DNA of 64,000 nucleotides from Cirrosporium novae-zelandiae. Taxonomy: Eukaryota. Numbering within the stretch: position 1 is the first letter of the stretch; each line of letters starts with the position of its first letter. The position numbers and the translations under genes were made by a program. The stretch lies in the NCBI GenBank assembly GCA_026023565.1, contig JAPETS010000021.1, positions 124,001 through 188,000 on the forward strand, written 5' to 3'. The notes beneath the pieces were generated by a model, which had not been told where the DNA came from, searched no databases, and saw only the letters and a list, made by a program, of their open reading frames with translations. Positions 35,854-48,919 of this stretch are shown piece by piece.

Positions 35854-38515
35854 TTTCCAATACCTCTTTCCTTAATCCAATCCAAACAACCCCCCCCCCC
35901 CCCCCCGGCTCCCCAAAAACTCATTATAAAAAAGAACAGTCTCTCTCTCAATCTGATATTTCAATATCGCAATCCAAGATAAAAAAAAAAGAGGGAAGAG
36001 GGGAAGGCAATCTAAATAGTAAATATAAAAAGGAAAATGGAGAATGGAAATAGAAATAGAAATCAAACTTAGAAGTGTGCTTTTTAGGAGAGGGGGAGAA
36101 ATATGTCTCTTCTCTCTCAGGCTATTTCAATTTTTTTTAAAGAAAATGGAAAGAAGGAAAGAAAAGGAAAGGAAAGGGAAAGAAACTTGGTGATTTAGTC
36201 CACCTACCTAGGGTACATAGAAAAAGTCCGACGAGCGAATAGATATATATAGATATATAGATATAGAAACAAAAATAAAAACAGAAAAAATGAAATAACT
36301 GTTAGGGTTATAAACCGGTCACGTGTCACTCACTATTCAGCTAGCGATTCCCACAGATAAGAATCAAGCAGTGAAGGGGGAAAAAATGGACTAGACCAAA
36401 TAAACGGTCTGACCCCGACCGACCGACCAGACCGACCAAGACCGAGCCTCTCCGTCTGTAAACCGACCAAACCGAACCCCCTTTGGTCTGGTCGGTCTGA
36501 TCCATTTCCCCCTTCACTGGATAAGAATCCACAAGTTTGTCGCATCTATCTTGCTCCAATAATAACCTTGGTAGTTATCCTTATCCCAGTCTCTCCAAAC
36601 CTCCAGACCTCCGTATCCCACAGCTTGACCGTCGCCGTTTTTACATCACTAACGCTAACGAGCTAGCCAGCCAGCCAGCCAGCCAGCCGACGTCCGGTGA
36701 AAAAAAAAAAAAACCCCCCCCAACGACGTTAATGTGTCATTCATATGGTTCTCGAGCGCGACGCACCTGTGGCCCCATGTCCCAGAGTCTGACTACATAT
36801 ATGCCGTTCGAAAGATCCTGACGCTATTACAGTAGTTGATTATCTCTGGTGAAAAAAAGCGATGGTGATGATGATATAGTCCGTGTGTGTTTGGCCCTTC
36901 GATGCGATGAAGGAGCTCTGAGCTTCCGCTTAAGATGGGTAGATGGTATAGCATAATATTATAGCCAGTCTATAAATACTAGGCACAGTAGTTGAAATAG
37001 GTGAATAAGGTACCTAAGTAGGTAAGTAAAGTAGGGGGGTGTTTTTCACTTACTTTACCCTTACTTACCTTATTCTATCACACAACAATATAGATATAGA
37101 TCTATCTTGAATACCTCCCTAGGTACCTAGGTAGATATAAAATATACCATAGTACATGTCCAGTACAATCTCTAAAAGTGAAAAAAAAAAACAATCCCTA
37201 ATAAGTTACGATGAGAAAGCTGCTGCTTTTTTTAACACGGGGATTTTAACCCCATTTCAACTTTCAAGTCAGTTCGTTCTAATTCACCCCCGAGATAAAA
37301 TATTTATCTAACATGATTGGTTGGTCAGTTGGTTGGTTGGTTTACCCATCATATATCATCATTACTGTAGAGCTGACTTCTAAATTGAAGTTTGTAATTA
37401 ATTACTTTGGATTTTTATTTTCATTTCGCCCTTAAGACCACGGCATATCTTACATAATAATACACCCCCCAAATAAACCAAACAAATAACCCCCCTTTTC
37501 TATCTAACCCGGTCTTCCTATCTATCTCATCAGCCTTTCTTGTCAGTCTAGTTTATTTCTTTTATCCAAAGGCTGGCCGAGTCATTGGGATATTTTTGGG
37601 TTTTGGGGGGGTTTTAGGGTTAACTCGGTTATTTCGGGGAATGGGGGGAAATGGCAAAAAAGGGGCCCGAGGGTAGAAGTGGGATTGTGATGAGATTTTT
37701 GAGCTTTGGGCTTTGCGTATATGAGACATGAGAATGAGATGTTGTCAATAAGTGAATGAGTTGAGTTGGAAAGGGTGGACCAAATGAAAAAAAGGCTTGG
37801 GAAATAAGTACCTTAAAGCATGTATATAGAACATGCCCCTATCTATAGGTATCCAGGTATCCAGGTATTTCAATCACAACTTCGAAACCAAGTAAATCTA
37901 CATCATATCCCTTACTTTCTTACTCAAATATCCCATCACATTTTCTCATAAAAGTAAAAGTAAAGTAAAATAAAAAAAAGAAGTAAGGCGTACCTATCTG
38001 CCGGTTAGGTTTAATTCTGTTCCACCTTCTTCTTCTAGGCTTGAGTAATGAGTAATATAAATCAATTAGTACTGTAGGCCAGTAGAGCATGGTCTTATAT
38101 GTTGAAGTGATCAAAAAGGCAACTGGGTTACTGAGTAGCCTACAGTACCTCTAGACCCGGAACCTGGAGGAGATTGGAATCTGGAATCTGGAGTTCGATG
38201 ATGCTACGTTACTAGAAAAAGTAGGACGCATGCAAATTCAATTTTTTCTTTTTTTCTTTTCTTTTAATATCATCATTTACCCACGTAAAATAGTAAATTA
38301 ACACCCTTCATGTGCTTTGGCCTGAATAAATTCCACACCCCTCAAAAGCGCCCGCACAAGAAAAAAAACATACCCCTCTGATCCCCCATGATTGCCGAAT
38401 ATAACTCAAGCCCTTTGCTTTCTTTAGTTGTAGCATTGTAATGTAAGCTCGAACCAAACTGTATATGCTCCACCCCACTATCAACATCCTTCAATGCTTT
38501 TTCATCAACTCCAAA

Positions 38516-40270
38516 TTAACCCCAATTCCAGTTCGACGGCTGTGAACTCCTCGGTCCACCACTGCCAGGCCCGATTCCGACACCCATACCTCTGTATCTT
38601 GGGTCTCGCCCTACTCTCTTTGGTGGTACCCCCCAATCCTCGCCAAAGAAACTCGTTTTCCCAGCTTCGCTTTTGTCCACGCACCACTCTGGAACCCTTG
38701 CAAATGCCCCAAAGTTAGCCCGTTGATCCTCTGGTCGACCCATCAAGTATGCTTGCAGGTTTCCTAGCAAAGGAGCCAGAAGGCGGTTTGTCATATCTGC
38801 TGTATTTGATTCTTTCGCAATCGCCGAGAAGGTTCGTGTGTGGGTAGGGAAAGATTCTCGACGGATATGTGAATGTGGCGAGTCCTGTGGTTGCGAGCCG
38901 TCATTCTGCTGTGATGGAGATGATGTACTGGTTCTCAATTCTCCGCTGGCAGCAGAGCGTCTGCGAGCAAGCGTGGCAATAAAAGCGTTTTTCTTGTACT
39001 CTTTATCGGCAATACTGTTCAGATATTGCATCATTTCATTGTTTACTCGTTGGCCTGATGAGCGAAACCATTCATCAGCGCGGCGAAGTTTTTCAGCGGT
39101 TCGATCTTTAAGAGGCGGACGTGGGAAATTTCTTTCCTCTTCCTCAATTTCGTCAATTTCAGCATCTCGATCACTATATGGAGAACCAGAAAGGTCACTG
39201 CCTTGGTTTGAGTGACTTAATATCCGCCCTTGTGAGGCTATTCGGTTGGTGGGTCTGGTGCCGTAAAGGCCTAGTTCTGGTAGTTGACCGTGTGATTGAG
39301 GCATATTTTCAAAGCCGGGTGGAACAAGAGGTGCTGGGGAAGACGTATGGTCGGAAAAAGTGGTATGTAGACCTTCAGGGCTGAAGTGGTTTATAGATAT
39401 CCGCCCATAACCCACACAAGAGGCACTAGTACTAGGATTCTTGTAATCTAAATAGAATGGATCTTCTGGAGTAGACTGGTGTAATGACGAAGAAGCACCA
39501 TCGAGAATGTTGGAAACCTTTATGTAGTCTATAGTTCTTGCCACCTGAACCTGAGGGCCTTCGGCGATAAGCCCATACTCGCCTTGATTAAAGCTAGAAC
39601 TGCTACTTGGATAAGCAGTTGCACACTTATCAGGGGTCTCAAATGTTTTTTCCCCGTTGGCCAATGAACTTGAAGGGTTTAGAACAGGTGGTAACTTTAT
39701 GGGACTATTGAAGGATATCTGCTGTCGCAAAGGGTGCGGTGCAACTCGAACTTTAATTGCATCAGAGTGAGATGGTGAGACCGACTGAGAGCTTAATGGA
39801 GGGATCGATGAGCTTGAAGACGAGGAATCGGCTCGTTCGTGAATGATAGATAATGTTTCTCCAGGATCGGCTTTGAGGTCGGCAAGCGAGAGAGGCCTCC
39901 AAGTTTTGCCTTTATTGCGTGCACTAGGTTTGAGCTTTGTAAAAGAGCCGCTGGAAGCAGATCCATGCTGAGGGGGTTCATTTTCTTGCTGTTGCTGATC
40001 GGCACCTGTTTGACGATTCCTTGCTGCCTTCAGCTCAGCTGCCCGAGCCCGAGCTGCAAATGAAGTTCCAAGTGGATCCATTGTAGCAAGACTGTCAACT
40101 GGTTTTCCTGAGGATGAGGTGAGAGTGACACTGGCGAGAGAAGAACTTGCTTCTTGTTGTAGAGATGGAACAACTCGGAAAATGGGCTCTGTAGTTGTTT
40201 TGTCGTGGGAAGAATTCTCGTTAGGCCTCTGCGGCACGATTTGGATGTGCGAGAAGGACGAGTTGGACAT
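38516..40270 (-). CDS. Mostly disordered hypothetical protein with conserved-looking C-terminal motif
   Basis: Open frame of more than 580 codons, Ser/Pro-rich. C-terminal LLGNLQAY..NFGAFARVPEWCVDKS..SFFGEDWGVPPKRVGRDPRY. Start uncertain: intron signals lie upstream near 40340-40430. Confidence 0.75.
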   Translation of the reverse strand: MSNSSFSHIQIVPQRPNENSSHDKTTTEPIFRVVPSLQQEASSSLASVTLTSSSGKPVDSLATMDPLGTSFAARARAAELKAARNRQTGADQQQQENEPPQHGSASSGSFTKLKPSARNKGKTWRPLSLADLKADPGETLSIIHERADSSSSSSSIPPLSSQSVSPSHSDAIKVRVAPHPLRQQISFNSPIKLPPVLNPSSSLANGEKTFETPDKCATAYPSSSSSFNQGEYGLIAEGPQVQVARTIDYIKVSNILDGASSSLHQSTPEDPFYLDYKNPSTSASCVGYGRISINHFSPEGLHTTFSDHTSSPAPLVPPGFENMPQSHGQLPELGLYGTRPTNRIASQGRILSHSNQGSDLSGSPYSDRDAEIDEIEEEERNFPRPPLKDRTAEKLRRADEWFRSSGQRVNNEMMQYLNSIADKEYKKNAFIATLARRRSAASGELRTSTSSPSQQNDGSQPQDSPHSHIRRESFPTHTRTFSAIAKESNTADMTNRLLAPLLGNLQAYLMGRPEDQRANFGAFARVPEWCVDKSEAGKTSFFGEDWGVPPKRVGRDPRYRGMGVGIGPGSGGPRSSQPSNWNWG

Positions 40271-41778
40271 GCCGATAGGCGCTCTTCCTAGCGGAAGAGA
40301 AGATGTTGCTGATGAAGCTTGGTCTTTCCTACATCTATCTACAGTGACAGACGTTAGTTTAGATGAAGTTATGTGACACCCCACAAATCGAAGTGACAAC
40401 AAGAAAATGTTCGAAACAGAAGGAACGTGTCAGTACTGGATCACTACATACGAGCTTGATTTCGAGTTCTCCGACGAACTCCTGGAGTCGTAGCCAGATT
40501 GAAGAATGTCAGGCTGTTTTGGGTACGTATCTTTTGATCAAACCAGGGCTCCTTAGAGGGAATAAGAAAAGAATAGATAGGCAAGACCAAATGGTGTGGT
40601 TGAATTGACTTTTAAGGGGTGAACATATGGGTGGCAAAGATAGACAGACGAAGGATGGTAGACGGTAATAGATGAAGGAACGAAGGATAGAGCGTTAACT
40701 TTGCTCAATATCCACACAACAAGCAATAAGGGCACTTCCTCTTTTGAATCATATCAATCAATTCTTCGCCGAAAACTTCTCTAACACATCAACCTTTTAA
40801 TTATCCTCGATGAAAGATTCAACCCCAAATACAGGCAGAGGGGATTAACCGTCCCTGTCAATCCTTATTCGTTGTGAGAGAAATGAGAAAAGGCTGGCTT
40901 TTTAATACTGTTCATGGGTCAAATTCCTTTCATCACGTCTACAGAGAAATATTTGTATCAAAAATCTCGAGTCTCCGTTTACTAGAAGGTGTGATCCCGA
41001 AGTGTCACAGCCAATCCATGCAGCTAGCCGCCGCATCTTGATGTTGGTCTGCATTTACTACAGGAACAAAACCCAAGGCTGAGGCCTCCTAATACTCCAC
41101 CTTTTGGTTACAACCTTGAACCTATCGGTAAGATCCAAAGCCTGATGTTTCTGAATCCCTACCAACATATGTAAAGCAGGTTCACCATGCAACGAATCTC
41201 GGTGGAAGCCCCACGACCAAATCTCTTTGTACAAAGTACTTCTCCATGATCGCCGTGAAAGTAAATCAATTTTTCCCAGTGTTCAAAGAAGAGGTGAACA
41301 TCCATCGTAAAGAGAATTTCTGTGACAGGGCTTATGCTTTCAGCTTCCCAGGTTTACTTAATCTGACAGTGCAAATCATTCTGGGGTAGGTTGTTGACAA
41401 GAGATTGTTTATTGTTTGATTGAGAGATGGAATGCATGAACACAATGAATATTTTCTAAGAGACGATTGTAATGAAGCAATTGGACTATACAACTTGTTC
41501 TTCTGATCTTCAACTAGTCTAGGTTACGACGGCGTCATTTTTAGGGTTTTTGTTTTTCCGGATTTTATACACAGTATGAAGTAGCATAAAATTTGATGCA
41601 TCATTTGACTACATTCACTACATAGTAACACATAGCGAATTACAAAACTACAGGCACTAGAAATATATGTTGAGGAATGTATATTTTACAAGGAACTGTT
41701 TGAGCTTGTATTGTATAATGGTCTTGTCATTTTCCAGACCCTCAATTCCTGAGCAGGTAGGCATTCGTCCTGAGTCGC

Positions 41779-43200
41779 TCACCACCTTATTGAAAATAAA
41801 AAGAAGCGGACAAATATGGACAAATTAAAAATATATATAATAGGGGTATAGATGATTGACCGTGATGAATCAAGCGGGATTAGAAAGGACTCTGGCCAGA
41901 CAGCATAACGATGGCCATCACCTTGCATTACGATATTGTAACTTTCTTCGCCCTCTGTCATGGGGCAGACCCTCGAGTCCGACCTTGATCGTCACCCCAC
42001 TGCCCGATTCTATCTTGCAAACTTAGAGGTTGCTTATTTATACCGTTCAGCCCGATATCTATGGCTACCGAGCTTGACACAAACCCGAGAAAGTCACCAT
42101 TCCTAGCTGGAGTAGTCATCGTATAAGAACCAGTGTCACAAAAGATGAAGAGATGCTGTCCGCCAAGATATCCACCTTTCCCACCATCTCTAGACAGATG
42201 AGGTGTCTCGACCAAATTTGTAAGCATGGGTTTGGTAGATTCATTGACGTTGAGAATACCTGTATTGAATGCCATGCTATAGTCTGTGGAAAGCGAGCCA
42301 TTGATGCCGGCAACAAGTAAATCTATGTCAAGGGTAATCAATGGGGGCAGTTTCCAATCAATGTACTGGGTGCTAGGTATATTTATACTTGGATCGAAAA
42401 GTGTGAATCCCGGAACGGAAGGGATAATAATCGAGGAAACAGACTGTTGGCTTGAAGAGCTGCTGCTAGTGATTGTCTTGGAGATCTCTACAGAGGATGG
42501 TTCAAGATGTGAGCTAAGTGTAAACGTGGATGTTGTGACAGCCGAGTTTGAAGATGGCATTGTGGTCAGGTTGTTCAATAGAATTGCCACATCGATTTCA
42601 ACTCCCGCGTCAAAGGCTGTAGGATCATCCAAGGAATACTTTAAATAGCAGTCATCAGCATAGCTGATTCTTGATGGCACATACAGCCCCAATACATTCT
42701 TGGTTGTTTTCACCCAGATTGCAAAAGTCACAATGTCCGATACAGTCGTCAAATGTACTTGCAAGAATGAAGAGTATCAGGTCCCGACCAGGATAGTCAA
42801 TACCACAGCTGATTTTGTAGGACTGGCCATCTGGGGTCACATATATAGTCCCATTGCTCTAGGGCAAGTAGACGTTGGACTAGTTAAAAAGATTAAAGTA
42901 GTAGTGGACACATTAGATGAGTCTGTAATAGTTGCTGTGACAGTCTTTGTTATCACGAGGCGCTTATCGAGTCTCACTGTTGCTTGAGGAATGTGTTCAG
43001 AGATTGTGTAGATGCGGAAATGTGGACTACCGCTAAGGATACTGGGCTTAGCATCATTTCCAGAACGCTCATTGAAGTAATTCCTTAGCTAGGTCATGGT
43101 GGTGGCGATGCCTGTGAGGTATAGCAATTTTGAGATGAAGAAAAGATACCAAAAGAAAAGTAGCTAATAGCAAGCTAGACGGCAAAGAAATCAAGATCAT
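41779..43200 (-). pseudogene. Frameshifted relic of a secreted PAN/apple-domain plus beta-propeller-like (DUF4185-like) protein
   Basis: Signal-like start at 43200, premature TGA near 43071, frameshifts near 42860, 42680 and 41960. These join CP..NGT.YVTPDGQSY.I.CG.DYPG.D..C...C, SRDGG.GG.LGGQHLFIFCDT and RGSAP/MTEGE.SYN..RYAVWPES. The 3' end is truncated. Confidence 0.75.
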
Positions 43201-43854
43201 AGCCTGAAAAATATATCTCATATTAGTCAATACGAATTCTAGAGACTCGGAATGAAATGAGTCTCATGAACAATTTTAAAAGCCACCAACCTCTGCTAGA
43301 GACACCGTCTCCTACGAAAGAAGATATATAAAAGACGAAGCGAAACGCAACGAAACGTTAGAGAGAGTGAGTAAGAGAGTAGAATATTGATGTTAATGGG
43401 TGGACGATTATTGATAAAGAGTGGCTTTGTTGGAAGTGAGAATGAATATATAAATGTAAGAAAATATTTACGGGTACGATAATAATACTCCTGGGGAGGA
43501 TTAAAACAAACCTGATAACCTGGTAGTGCTGCACAAAATTGCACCAAAATCGAATTTTATACACCTGAAGTTTTTTGGAACTTTTCTGTACTCCCTAGTT
43601 ACGCATCGCTTTACATTTGGCAATACTAAAGATATACTATAGGCCAGCACCAAATTGACCAACTATAATGCGCTTCAGTATAAATCACTCTTTATAGGTT
43701 GTAGATGATTATATTCTACAAACGCCAAAGGTCTCATTAGGAATAATGAGGGATAAGAATTTAGGAATCAATGTAACTTGCTCTGTCAACATGCAATCAG
43801 TGCCAATCGTAAAATTCCACTCGACTTTCTATACCAACTTCGCCGATTCTCCTC

Positions 43855-44790
43855 CTATTCAGTTTTATTTATCTGATCGCGAGTGGTGGTAGTCGAGCGT
43901 TCTATATTCGAAGCCCATAAAGCACCTCCAACGGTATTCGTAAATGAGAATAGAATTGAAGCAAAGGGTACCATCTCCAGTAATACTGCTACAATACCGA
44001 AACTATGACAAAACTCTAGAATTAGCAACAGTGAAAAAATGTATCGGGATATAGCGTACCCAGTATAGGCACCTCTACGTTGTTGTATATGCTCTTTCCT
44101 TTCTCTATTAGACATTTGTTTCAACTGAAAGTACCTTGTATGGGCTTCCGGCCCTCGTCGTTTTCCCTGCAGGATAACAAAGGTGATAGTGCCAACGACT
44201 GGTATGAAGTTCAATGGAAGGTATAAGAAGTATCTGACAATAGCACTCGGTCCTAATTTTGCAAAAGGCCTCTTGGCTAGCCGACCTAGTCGTGCTATTG
44301 GATCTCCCCCAGACTTCACCGGTCTCTCTTGAGAAACAACTTCACTGCAGGATCTGCTGACCAAAGTTCCATCGTATGTGTCCAGCAGAGCATCTCCGAT
44401 GATAAAGTTCTTGCTGACAAAGTTTAAGATCGTAGAGCTCTCATTCAGTACGAGGAGAGCCGCTGAAACCGCTGCGATAGGGCCATTGAAGATTGCCAAG
44501 ATAGCTGCTTGGGGGAGATAGGTGAAGACAAACATTGCTGTTGTGATGCCAATCCCTAGGGTTACAGTAGGAACAAGTTTTGACACCAAAGGCTTCCATA
44601 GGCTTCTGTGGGTTGCAAAGTAAAAGATCCCCTGGAAAAAAAGTCAGAGATTGTCATGTTTCATAGTTAATCCTAGAATGCATATCACCTTCAAAGGATA
44701 TAAATAGGCTCCTGAACTTGCTGCATCCCGTGTTAAGGCTTTGATATGCCCAGCTTCTTCCAGTGCAATTTGTCGAATTTTGTCAGCCAT
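43855..44790 (-). CDS. EI24-domain multi-pass membrane protein (Rrt8/Lds-like)
   Basis: Exons 44790-44689, 44631-44060 and 44002-43855. Motifs SGAYLYPLKGIFYF..LWKP, FTYLPQ, LPLNFIPVVG, HTRYFQLK, FGIVAVLLEMVPF..FTNTVGGALWA. Confidence 0.85.
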
Positions 44791-45590
44791 GGTGATATGC
44801 CTTATCTTGTGTAATATTTTCCAGGTATTAGAACAAAGAACGAAAAGCCCCTATGAACTGAGTAGGAGAACAACTTTAAGGCAGCAGAGATATACTCAAA
44901 AGTCGGGACTTGGTAGAGACGAGACTGTAATGATTTATTCAGAGGAAAAGTACAATCTGGTATTGAGTTGACAAATATAAGGCTAATCATTTAGAAAGCC
45001 CCCAAGAATTATTTCACGTTGCCTTTCAAGTCTGTTGTATTGCCTTGGCTCATTCCTTGGTACCAGGATCATCCGCATGCATGACGTAGTGATAAGTTTG
45101 CCTTATTTCAACTATTTTCTGCAAACCACGAAGTGTAAGAATTTCTCTCTAGAGCCCTTCTAAACAAGCTACAGGTAAGATTAAAACACTAAATGGCGTT
45201 GCTCCTACAATAAAGTACATATTGCCGCTCATTCAAATTACTAAAAAGTGTAGTAGTATCTAGGATCGAGACTAACTAGGTTTAACCAAAGATCTTGAAA
45301 ATTTGGCTCTTACAACCGGAGAATACCAGACAGGATACACCATTCATCCAGCCGTCAAGGCTTCATACAAGATATTTCACACACCGAGTTCGCTCATGAA
45401 CCGACCCAAAACACCCGATACCCGACCAAAACGACGGCGCCATCTCATGCAGAATACAAAGACGCCGAGGGAACTAGAGCAAAGAAAGTCCTTGTGAATG
45501 ATAGAATGTCGGAGCTGGATATCAGGTACACCCGATATTACCCAAAAGGTGGGGGATAAGGCCGAGAAGATAGAGCGAGGTCTAACGAAT

Positions 45591-48472
45591 TTAGCGATCC
45601 CTGTCTGTTTGTGGCTGACGCCTAAAGATCTGGTCCCGAATTCCCAGGAGAGTTTGAGATATGTACTCTTGCCACCTGGATTGAGATCCTCGACCGTCAA
45701 GGCTATCGATTTCTGAGATGTTATCGCCTCTTTCGATGTCCAAAGGATCTTCGTCAATATCCCGCAGAAGAGGGATGGCAGAAGAAGGGGATTCGTTTCG
45801 CGTCTGTGCAATTTGAGACTGAACCTCATCATCAGATATGTCCTGGGGTCTGCTTCCATGGATTGTATGGGTAGAACCGTGTGCCATGGAACGAACTACA
45901 TCTCCTTTACAAATTGGACAAGTGCGACGTCGAGTAGTGAGCCAGGGAGTTCTGATAGGTAAATTAGTGGACTGATAGTCTCAAGTAAGATTAACAAGTA
46001 TATAACTTACATGCATTCGGCATGGAATTCATGACCGCACGGGAGACTCATCACCCGGCTATGACCGTCTATATATTCCTCCAAGCATACAGCACATTCG
46101 ACTTGTCTACTGGCATATTTACGTTTCCATGGAGACAGATTTGACTTGTTTTTCTCATGTGGGTTCTTCCGACCAGAGTTGTTGGTTGTGTTGATTGAAG
46201 GTGTCGAAGGGAGTAAAACACCAGTGGTAGTTTGAGAACGAGGCCGGGAAACACCTGAGAAAGCCCGAATATTGGATTGACGTGGACTTGAGGAGGGGGA
46301 TGATGATGCCGGAGACGGTGTGGATGGCGTAGTCGATGATGAATAAGATATGGTTTGATATGTGCGTATGGGTAGGCGATCAACAACGGACTTAGGAGCT
46401 CGCCAGCGCCGTCTTCGAATACGAGACCGTATAAGCAAAAGCGCATAAACAAAAGTAAGCGTCACAAGCGGGCTAACAACTAATACCAGCAGGGTATCAA
46501 AGAAAGGACTCGTCGAAATGCTCGTAGGAGTAAGCGTAACCCAAAGACCATCATGCTCCTCCGGTTCATCTTCTTCATAATCATCATCAGTTAGAAAATC
46601 GGGTTCATTAATGTTATTAGCTTGATTCCCCGACATGCTTGATACGCTAGCCATGATATCCGGCTTTGTATGCTGTACATCGCCATGGTCTCCATTGTTG
46701 GTATTCCAGAGATGTCTAAACCAGCCGCTGTTCAGGTCTGGCTGGCTCTTAGCCAGCTCCTTAAAATTGCCACCTATCACAGGGGGTCCTTTCTTGAATC
46801 CGCCATCAGAATGCATCTGAGGATTTTCATATTCGCCACTTCCAGGAGTAATACTACCGCCCTTGAATGCAGTATTCCCTGGTTGAACCTTCCCAGTAGT
46901 AGAATCGCGATCCGAGCCAACCTGCTGGTCTTTTCCAGATCCCGTAGACTGTAGATTTTGTTTTTCTGTTTTGCCTTTTTCTGAAGATCTGTACAGCGGA
47001 TCAGTGTCTGAATGGATTACGTCGGGATCTCTCCAGTCCTGGACCCCTATAACGAAGTCATCTGCCGCGGAATGCTGTTTTCCAGAGCTTGAAAATCCGT
47101 TTAACTTCAAGTTCTTATCTTGGCCCTTTTCCGGATCTTTATTTGAAGCGGCCGATTCTATATCATCTTCGTACCACTCATCAGCTAGAACCCAATCTAA
47201 ATGCCCACTAGTTGGCGGTCGTCTACTATCTTCCGTCAGGCGTGACGGGGAACCACTGGCGCGCACAAATCCAAGCGCAGTAAAGAACGAACGAAACCAG
47301 CCCTGGTTATTGTTTGTTTGAAATGAGGTTTCCGGGTTCGTGGTAACATACTTCTTTGGTTTACTAGCTGGACTGCTAGAACGAACAGTAGAAGTAGGCC
47401 TAGGTATAGCCGAACTCGGTGTGAATGTCGTCCCTTCGCGGGGTTTGCTTTTTTTGGAGCCTTTTCTCTTCGAATCTGTCTTAGATGATTTGCTCAGTGA
47501 CCCGTCTTCCGCAACAATGTCATCGATCAGACCCTCTGGCGGAATCAGCGAAGAAAGAAGGTGAGCAGTTGTATGGGATGTGAATAGGGAAGGTATCGTA
47601 ACATTAGACGTATCGCCTCGAGCATACATTGTCACGAGGCCACCACCTCTAGTGTTATCCCCAACAATGAGAGCAATACCACCTCTTCGTTGCACCCATT
47701 TCACTTTTTCTAGAAATCCACATCCGCCTCTACTAAGAAGTACCACCTTCCCAGCAATCTCAGCGCCTTCTTGTAGGGATTGAATATCAGCGTGAGCAGG
47801 AGGGTTCTTCGTATCAGAGACACTGTCATGTTGAGCGATCTGACCGGGCTTTGCAGGTTTGGAAAGTTGTGATTCTGGAAGCGGGTGGTGCAAATGATCA
47901 TCCGTACCGTCATCTTCTAAGTGCATTGATGGATCAATATTGTGGGCAGTCCAAATAAAACTAGTGTCCTCGAGTTCTCCAGATCGTTTCCGATTTCCAG
48001 TTTTCCCATCTATTTGTTGTGTTGACGTCTTTTGTTTGAGACCTGGGTCTAACGTTGGCTCGGTTATAGATTTTTTGTCCCCTTCGCTCCACCCGGGCAC
48101 ATCACTGCACCCAAGTTCGCCCTCGGCACCTGAAGAGATGCCACCCCTTCGAAGTTCATCATCTCCAAAGCCGCTTCCAACCCAAAGACGCCCACTGAGG
48201 CCTTTTCCGGGGAGTAACGGTCCAAACGCCGCGGGTCTAGCCAAGAAGAATGTCGAGTTATCATCTGTTAAGCTAATAATTGCGGAGGGCGGAAAGAGGG
48301 AAGATGGCGTATGAAAGGAGAAGAGGGCTCGTAGTCGACTCTGCTGGCTCAGATCATTGGAAGCGGTAGTAGGAGTATTTTCTGGATGTGCCGAACGAAG
48401 CGATAGAAATGTAAATAAAACCGTAAATAGAATAAAAGTGCTCAAGAAAAGGACAAGCCTTAGAGGCCGCAT
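45591..48472 (-). CDS. PA-TM-RING-H2 E3 ubiquitin ligase (RNF13/GRAIL-like)
   Basis: Exons 48472-46011 and 45951-45591. Signal anchor, PA domain (ARPAAFGP..KVVLLSRGGCGFLEKV..GGIALIVGDN), TM, RING-H2 CAVCLEEY..LPCGHEFHAECITPWL..CPICK. Confidence 0.93.
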
Positions 48473-48855
48473 GGTGATCGAGTGATGTTGGTATTTGATA
48501 AGTATAAGGATAAGCTGGTAGGTCCGGAAAGAGGTCGGTAAGGCAAGGAAGGGAAGCCACAGACAAGTTTGTTGAAAGGTTGTTTTTTTGTTTTTTTTTT
48601 CAGGGTTTTGTATCTCAGGGCATTCAGCAAGGCACCTCGCCTGCCGTCAGCCTTGCTAATCTCTCATCAAACGAAAATATATAAAGAGGGAAAAAAGAAA
48701 GTCGTGTTTTTCAGTAGTGATTGTGGATTATGAATTTGGTCATTAGCTAAGGTAGGGGGTGGTGGTTGTGGTGGTGGTGGTGGGGGGGGGAGGAAAGTTA
48801 GGATTTAGGCCACACAGTAACAAGATCGATGATGTCTGATGTCTTGAAGTCAGTG

Positions 48856-48919
48856 AGTGCAGTAGTGCAGTAGTGCAGTAGTGCAGTAGTGCAGTAGTGC
48901 AGTAGTGCAGTAGTGCAGT
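48856..48919. repeat. (AGTGCAGT)8 perfect tandem repeat upstream of the PA-RING gene
   Basis: Directly visible 8-mer repeated about eight times. Confidence 0.9.

Noticed and set aside
19872..37622. TTAGGGTTA (reverse of telomerase template TAACCCTAA) at about 19872, 36302 and 37614 as a possible telomerase RNA
   Set aside because: A 9-mer in AT-rich DNA with no recognisable pseudoknot or CR4/5 element; not supportable by eye.
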